This document shows positions 25,169 to 29,573 of a DNA stretch of 29,573 nucleotides, piece by piece. The position numbers and the translations under genes were made by a program. Under the pieces are notes generated by a model. The model was not told where the DNA came from. It did not search any database and saw only the letters and a list, made by a program, of their open reading frames with translations. Numbering within the stretch: position 1 is the stretch's first letter; each line of letters opens with the position of its first letter. Source of the DNA: a virus. Taxonomy: Duplodnaviria; Caudoviricetes. The DNA lies in IMG/VR virus record IMGVR_UViG_3300012347_000474, positions 1-29,573 of that record; one strand, written 5' to 3'.

Positions 25169-25858
25169 TTATTTGTTGTATAATTTTGCAAGAACTCTCT
25201 CTTGTGCAGATACGTTTCTTGCTACTTTATTTTCATTTTCTGAAGAGAACTTCTTTACCTTAGAACCTGCTTCGATTGGAGCACCATCTAATTTTGGTAA
25301 TTCTTCTTCTTCCATTTCTTCTTCGATTGTTGCTTCTTCTTCGATTGTTGCAGTTTCTTCAAACTTAGCAATCTTCTTTTCTAACTCATCGATTCTGTAT
25401 TGTAGTTTCTCTACAATTTCACCTAAAGAGATTTCGATTTCTGTCTCATCTTCTTCCTCATCTTCAGAAACACCATCACCTGTTGTTGGAATATCACCTG
25501 GGTGAGTTTCAATTGTTGCTTCTTCCATTTCAACTGGCATTTCCTCACCATCTTCTGCTGGGATAGGTTTTGCTTCTTCAGTTTCTAACTCTACGTTTTC
25601 TCTTTCTGCAATGATACCATCTTTAGTAATTACTTTGATGATGTTCTCATTACCTGATTCATCTTTAAGAGTTAATTCGTGTTCTCCATCTGGAGCAGGA
25701 GTTTTAGTTCCATCTTCTGAAACTACTTCTAATGGTTCGCCAACATCAAATGTTGGAGATTCTACGATAGTGCCATCTGCTAATTTAGCATAAGTTAATT
25801 TAACTTCTTCTGCTTGAAGTAATGATACTAATTTTTTTAATACGGTTTTTGCGTTCAT
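25169..25858 (-). CDS. Capsid scaffolding protein
   Basis: Very acidic; LADGT, PAPDGEHEL, C-terminal basic helix QERVLAKL; precedes the capsid gene. Confidence 0.75.
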   Translation of the reverse strand: MNAKTVLKKLVSLLQAEEVKLTYAKLADGTIVESPTFDVGEPLEVVSEDGTKTPAPDGEHELTLKDESGNENIIKVITKDGIIAERENVELETEEAKPIPAEDGEEMPVEMEEATIETHPGDIPTTGDGVSEDEEEDETEIEISLGEIVEKLQYRIDELEKKIAKFEETATIEEEATIEEEMEEEELPKLDGAPIEAGSKVKKFSSENENKVARNVSAQERVLAKLYNK

Positions 25859-25878
25859 ATCTAAAATCTATTTTTAAT

Positions 25879-25885
25879 TATAACA
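25879..25885 (-). promoter_or_regulatory. Phage late promoter motif TGTTATA
   Basis: Plus-strand TATAACA 21 nt from the scaffold ATG. Confidence 0.7.
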
Positions 25886-25916
25886 ATGTTGGTTGAGTAA
25901 ATATTATTTTTTTTGT

Positions 25917-27074
25917 TTACAATCCTTTACCATTTGGTATTATAGGGTTTGCTGTTCCTATATTTGGAAAGGTATTATTATTTGGATTATCTAAATAAGT
26001 GTAATATGCCAATCTACCACTATTAGAAAGACCTGGCATTAAAATCAATCTTCCATCTGCTAACGAATACATATCCTGAAATCCTCTTTGTCCTGCAGTT
26101 GGTCTTTGAACTGAATATGGTGTAAGAAACCCTGTATTTGTTTTAGGATTGAATCCATAAATACCATGTGCAGTTCCTGTTGATTGTGAACGTAATCCAT
26201 AAACAATACCACTTTGTCCTACACATAATCCACTATATATCGAAAATGGAACGTTTGATAAGGTTTGTATTTGTTTATTAGTTGGATTAACTATATAACA
26301 TGTGTTAACAGCAAATGTAGTAGGTGTTTGAACTGGCCCAATGAAAACATTACCATCTGGTAAATTAACTACACCATAACCAGTATTACCACTCATAGTT
26401 CCAAAGTTAGTTCCGGTATCAGTTGCAGGGTCATATTCATATATTGTAGTTGCACTACCTGCTTCTCTTACGAAGTATATCGTTCCAACAGATGTTAAAA
26501 CTGCTCCCCAAAAACCACCAGTTGCACCGACAGTATTTGCTGAAAGAGTTGATGTATTATTAACTAAATCAAATATTGCTACTTTTGTTGATGCAGTAAC
26601 ACTAACAAATGGCATTGCATATACTTTACCACCATATGCTACTGCTGCAGCATATTGTGTTCCTACTTGACTAACTGGTACCGGTATATTTGTTTGTGTT
26701 AATGTATCACAATTTATCTTAACAAAGTTACCACTACCACATACTACCCAACTATTGGTAACATTATCCCATAATACGTTTCTATTAAACGTTCCACCTG
26801 TTGCACTCAATGATGATGTTGTATCATTATTAGTATTATAAATGTAAGATGTTCCACCACCTTCTGGTACCATCAATATTCTACCATCACCATTTATACC
26901 AGTTCTCCATAAAGCAGAAATATTCAATTGAAATGATTGAGTAGTGTATAATGATGATGTAGGAACGTTACTATATGCTTGAAAAGCATCAAAACTCTCT
27001 GGAATAAAATCCAATGTTGAGAGTGATGAACTTTCCGGAAATGCTATATTATCTACTGCTACGGGTATGAACAT
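25917..27074 (-). CDS. Beta-propeller-like protein, probable fibre tip / receptor binding
   Basis: About 40-aa periodic blades (DGRILMVP, GGKVYAMP, VGTIYFV, DGNVFIGP, SGIVYGL, DGRLILMP). Confidence 0.6.
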   Translation of the reverse strand: MFIPVAVDNIAFPESSSLSTLDFIPESFDAFQAYSNVPTSSLYTTQSFQLNISALWRTGINGDGRILMVPEGGGTSYIYNTNNDTTSSLSATGGTFNRNVLWDNVTNSWVVCGSGNFVKINCDTLTQTNIPVPVSQVGTQYAAAVAYGGKVYAMPFVSVTASTKVAIFDLVNNTSTLSANTVGATGGFWGAVLTSVGTIYFVREAGSATTIYEYDPATDTGTNFGTMSGNTGYGVVNLPDGNVFIGPVQTPTTFAVNTCYIVNPTNKQIQTLSNVPFSIYSGLCVGQSGIVYGLRSQSTGTAHGIYGFNPKTNTGFLTPYSVQRPTAGQRGFQDMYSLADGRLILMPGLSNSGRLAYYTYLDNPNNNTFPNIGTANPIIPNGKGL

Positions 27075-27075
27075 A

Positions 27076-29573
27076 TTATGATAAGTTTTTTACTTGTGCT
27101 GCTAATACTTGAGTTGTATCAAATGTTACGAATGATACTAAATCTTGTGAGCCTGTTATTTTTGTTGGAGTATAATCAAATCCACCTGCAAACTTAAATG
27201 TTGGTGAGAATGATAAACTACCTGATGATGCTGTTATACCTGCAACCGAATCCATTTTAACTAATAAGTTAATTGCTTGACCTGGTTTAATGTTAGTTGC
27301 AGTTAAGTGTGTGATACTTCCTGATACTAATTGTAAGGTAAAGAAATTACCATCGTTAAAGTTTAATGATGCAGTTTGGTCAGTAATTGTTAATGCATTT
27401 ACATATCCACTCATACTACCTGTCACTGCCAATGATCCAGTGATTTCTGCACTACCTGTATAAGGGAATCCAGCACCACCTCCTCCACCACCTGCAAATG
27501 AAGATGTTGGAACTGCTAGTGTTCTACCTGCAGCATCACCTACCCATGCATATCCTTGTTGTAATGGTGCAGAGAATGAAGATTGAACAGATAAACTACC
27601 TGTAATTTCAACACTACTTTCAGTAATCAAAGGTCTTTTGATTGTTACTCTACCATCCGTAAATGATGCAGATGGTTGGAATTCAATTGCAACGTAAGGT
27701 TGACCTGAACCACTCAATGCAAGAATACCAGGATTAGTAGAGGTTGTTAATGAAGGTGCACCAGTCTTAGATGGGTTAGCTTGTATTGAGATATAATTAC
27801 TACCTTCAATCGTAGATGTGAAACCTGTCTTAGATACTGATGAAGCATAAGTTCCATATGCACCACTACCTGATGTAAATGATATAACGTTTGGTGATAC
27901 TACACTTTGTCCAGTTGATGCACTTACAATCAATTGGTTAGTAGTTGGGTTATATACCAATGTATCTACCGAATCTTTTGAGTAAGTGCTACCACTTACA
28001 AATGGTATTGGATAGTTTGCGTTAGTAGATACTGATACTGGTGTTACATTTAAACTACCTGTAATCTCTACTCCACTTCCAATTCTTAAATTACCAACCA
28101 TACCCTTTATAGGTGCAGTGAATAAAGATGCAGTTTGTTCTACATCGAAATCTACGAAGTGGTTATTTAATGGGAATGATGAGATAGCCAACGCACCATT
28201 TGCAGGATTTACTTGCATATTCACCCACGTTCCTACTTGAGTTGCATTTGAACCTGAATAGAAACGAATTTGTGATAAACCATCTTGGAATAAGTTAATA
28301 CCATTTCCAAAATTGTTATATCCAACATTTATTACAGATGATGTAATTGGTTGTGTAAAGTTTTGTTGTCCTGTAAAGGTATTACTTGCAGTAGTTGCAA
28401 AACTTCCTGTTTGGTTAGATGTTACAACTGCATTACCATTTACTAACAACGAACCAGTGATTTGTGTATTTGAATTAATGGATACATTTGTTCCATCATC
28501 TGATATATTTGAATCATTTAAGTGATGTGAACCACTTGATTTAGGTATTCTATTATTACTTAAATAATTTGGAGAACCCTTTACACTATACTCAGGTCCG
28601 AATAATGCTACTGCATATTCTGTTGTTACACCACCATCTTTTGTATAATCATAAAACCAATCATTTTTTTCTCCATCAAATTCAAATGATGCAGATGTAT
28701 TTACAGAACCAGAGTCCACTACAATTATACCAGCGTATCTTTGAGTAGGAGTATCATTATTTAAAACAATGAATGATTCACCGATATTTACTGAACTTCC
28801 CGTTACTGATTGAACGTATTGGAAAGATGCAGATACTGCAGATATATTTTGGAATGAGTTAGTTCCTGTGAATGTATTGTTTGTATTCAGTTGAGGAATA
28901 TTCAACCCATTAATGGTTTTATTTGTCCATAATTGAGATGCAGAATCATATGCTAATAAATCATTATTTACTAATGAAGCAGTAACAATGTTTACATCGT
29001 GTAATTCTGATAATTCATATCCATTATCTACCGATAAGTAAATTGAACCTTGATTTAGATTACTTCTTAGAACTTGTCCTAATCTTACTTCGTGATATTG
29101 AGGTGGAACTGATGCTACAATCGAACCACTTGAACCTAAATAAATTAATTGTCCTGCAGTAAATGTATTAGTATTCAAACCAATCATCTTACCTTGAACT
29201 ACAATATCAGCAAATCCATTGACAGGAATATCTGCTGCTGCAACACCTAATGTATTAGCAGAGAATCCATCGTTTGTCCAATCTGCTAAACCAACTTCAG
29301 GATTATCTCCACTTGCTCCTGTTATTCTAACAACAGAACCCTTTGTGATAATATTAGGAGTTGTGTTCTTTGCATTCACATAAAGGTCTTGTGCCTTAGA
29401 TGAAGTTACTGCAAAGTTTACTGACATTGAAGATGTTTGTGCATTAGTAATCCAACTACCACTAATTGACCCTAATGTATTCCATTTAGTATCGTTAGAT
29501 GCAGTGTATAATCCTAATGTAGAATCCTTTACCAATTGTGAAGAAGAAAAGGTATTCAATGCAGAGATTGAAT
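27076..29573 (-). CDS. 3' part of the large virion fibre/decoration protein (true start at 376 across the join)
   Basis: Ser/Thr/Gly-rich; repeated EITGSL; decoration-like domain KGSVVRI.G...TLGV...GLNT..F..G..IYL. Confidence 0.8.
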   Translation of the reverse strand, partial: SISALNTFSSSQLVKDSTLGLYTASNDTKWNTLGSISGSWITNAQTSSMSVNFAVTSSKAQDLYVNAKNTTPNIITKGSVVRITGASGDNPEVGLADWTNDGFSANTLGVAAADIPVNGFADIVVQGKMIGLNTNTFTAGQLIYLGSSGSIVASVPPQYHEVRLGQVLRSNLNQGSIYLSVDNGYELSELHDVNIVTASLVNNDLLAYDSASQLWTNKTINGLNIPQLNTNNTFTGTNSFQNISAVSASFQYVQSVTGSSVNIGESFIVLNNDTPTQRYAGIIVVDSGSVNTSASFEFDGEKNDWFYDYTKDGGVTTEYAVALFGPEYSVKGSPNYLSNNRIPKSSGSHHLNDSNISDDGTNVSINSNTQITGSLLVNGNAVVTSNQTGSFATTASNTFTGQQNFTQPITSSVINVGYNNFGNGINLFQDGLSQIRFYSGSNATQVGTWVNMQVNPANGALAISSFPLNNHFVDFDVEQTASLFTAPIKGMVGNLRIGSGVEITGSLNVTPVSVSTNANYPIPFVSGSTYSKDSVDTLVYNPTTNQLIVSASTGQSVVSPNVISFTSGSGAYGTYASSVSKTGFTSTIEGSNYISIQANPSKTGAPSLTTSTNPGILALSGSGQPYVAIEFQPSASFTDGRVTIKRPLITESSVEITGSLSVQSSFSAPLQQGYAWVGDAAGRTLAVPTSSFAGGGGGGAGFPYTGSAEITGSLAVTGSMSGYVNALTITDQTASLNFNDGNFFTLQLVSGSITHLTATNIKPGQAINLLVKMDSVAGITASSGSLSFSPTFKFAGGFDYTPTKITGSQDLVSFVTFDTTQVLAAQVKNLS
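29556..29573. repeat. Terminal direct repeat, copy 2
   Basis: Identical to 1-18. Confidence 0.95.

Noticed and set aside
8656-25191. Extended N-termini in the ORF track for protease (8712), GT32 (13685) and capsid (25191)
   Set aside because: The extensions run through promoters or upstream genes; the downstream ATGs at 8655, 13643 and 25146 have typical A-rich leaders
424-28525. Other plus-strand ORFs in the track (424, 1080, 1549, 7693, 8504, 9560, 10649, 20383, 22192, 22969, 23279, 24788, 25173, 25611, 28313)
   Set aside because: Shadow ORFs lying wholly or mostly opposite well-supported minus-strand genes, with no motifs
25917-29573. Diversity-generating retroelement or invertible fibre cassette
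   Set aside because: No reverse transcriptase, invertase, or template/variable repeat pair seen
1-29573. Stop-codon reassignment
   Set aside because: Genes are full length and tightly packed under the standard code, and TAA, TAG and TGA all serve as stops

Overview
This window appears to be a complete, circularly permuted ~29.56 kb AT-rich tailed phage genome (siphovirus-like, no sheath gene). Bases 1-18 equal bases 29556-29573, and the fibre gene reads in frame across that join. Two TTTG-N20-TAnnTTT(G/A) promoters and the general lack of Shine-Dalgarno (SD) sites point to a Bacteroidota host. All genes except one homing endonuclease lie on the minus strand. The genome has a full virion module (terS/terL, portal, XkdF-type protease, scaffold, capsid, tail tube, connectors, hub, tape measure, fibre) and a tail chaperone with an apparent -1 frameshift. 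It also has a replication initiator with internal iterons, an ECF-like sigma factor with seven matching TGTTATA late promoters, two homing endonucleases, ribosomal protein bS21 and four coupled glycosyltransferases. I could not recognise an endolysin, integrase, repressor, helicase, primase or polymerase. Two candidate novel systems stand out. (1) A virion protein O-glycosylation module: four GTs, one with plant HPAT/SGT-like motifs, next to mucin-like Thr/Pro virion proteins, with a recurring [S/T]-[G/A/S]-S motif across outer virion proteins. (2) A translational control locus: phage bS21, followed by a small terminator-bounded RNA complementary to the SD and start codon of the rep gene, in a genome where well-placed SD sites occur almost only at rep, sigma and a lysis-like gene. 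All product calls come from motif recognition by eye, not database searches.
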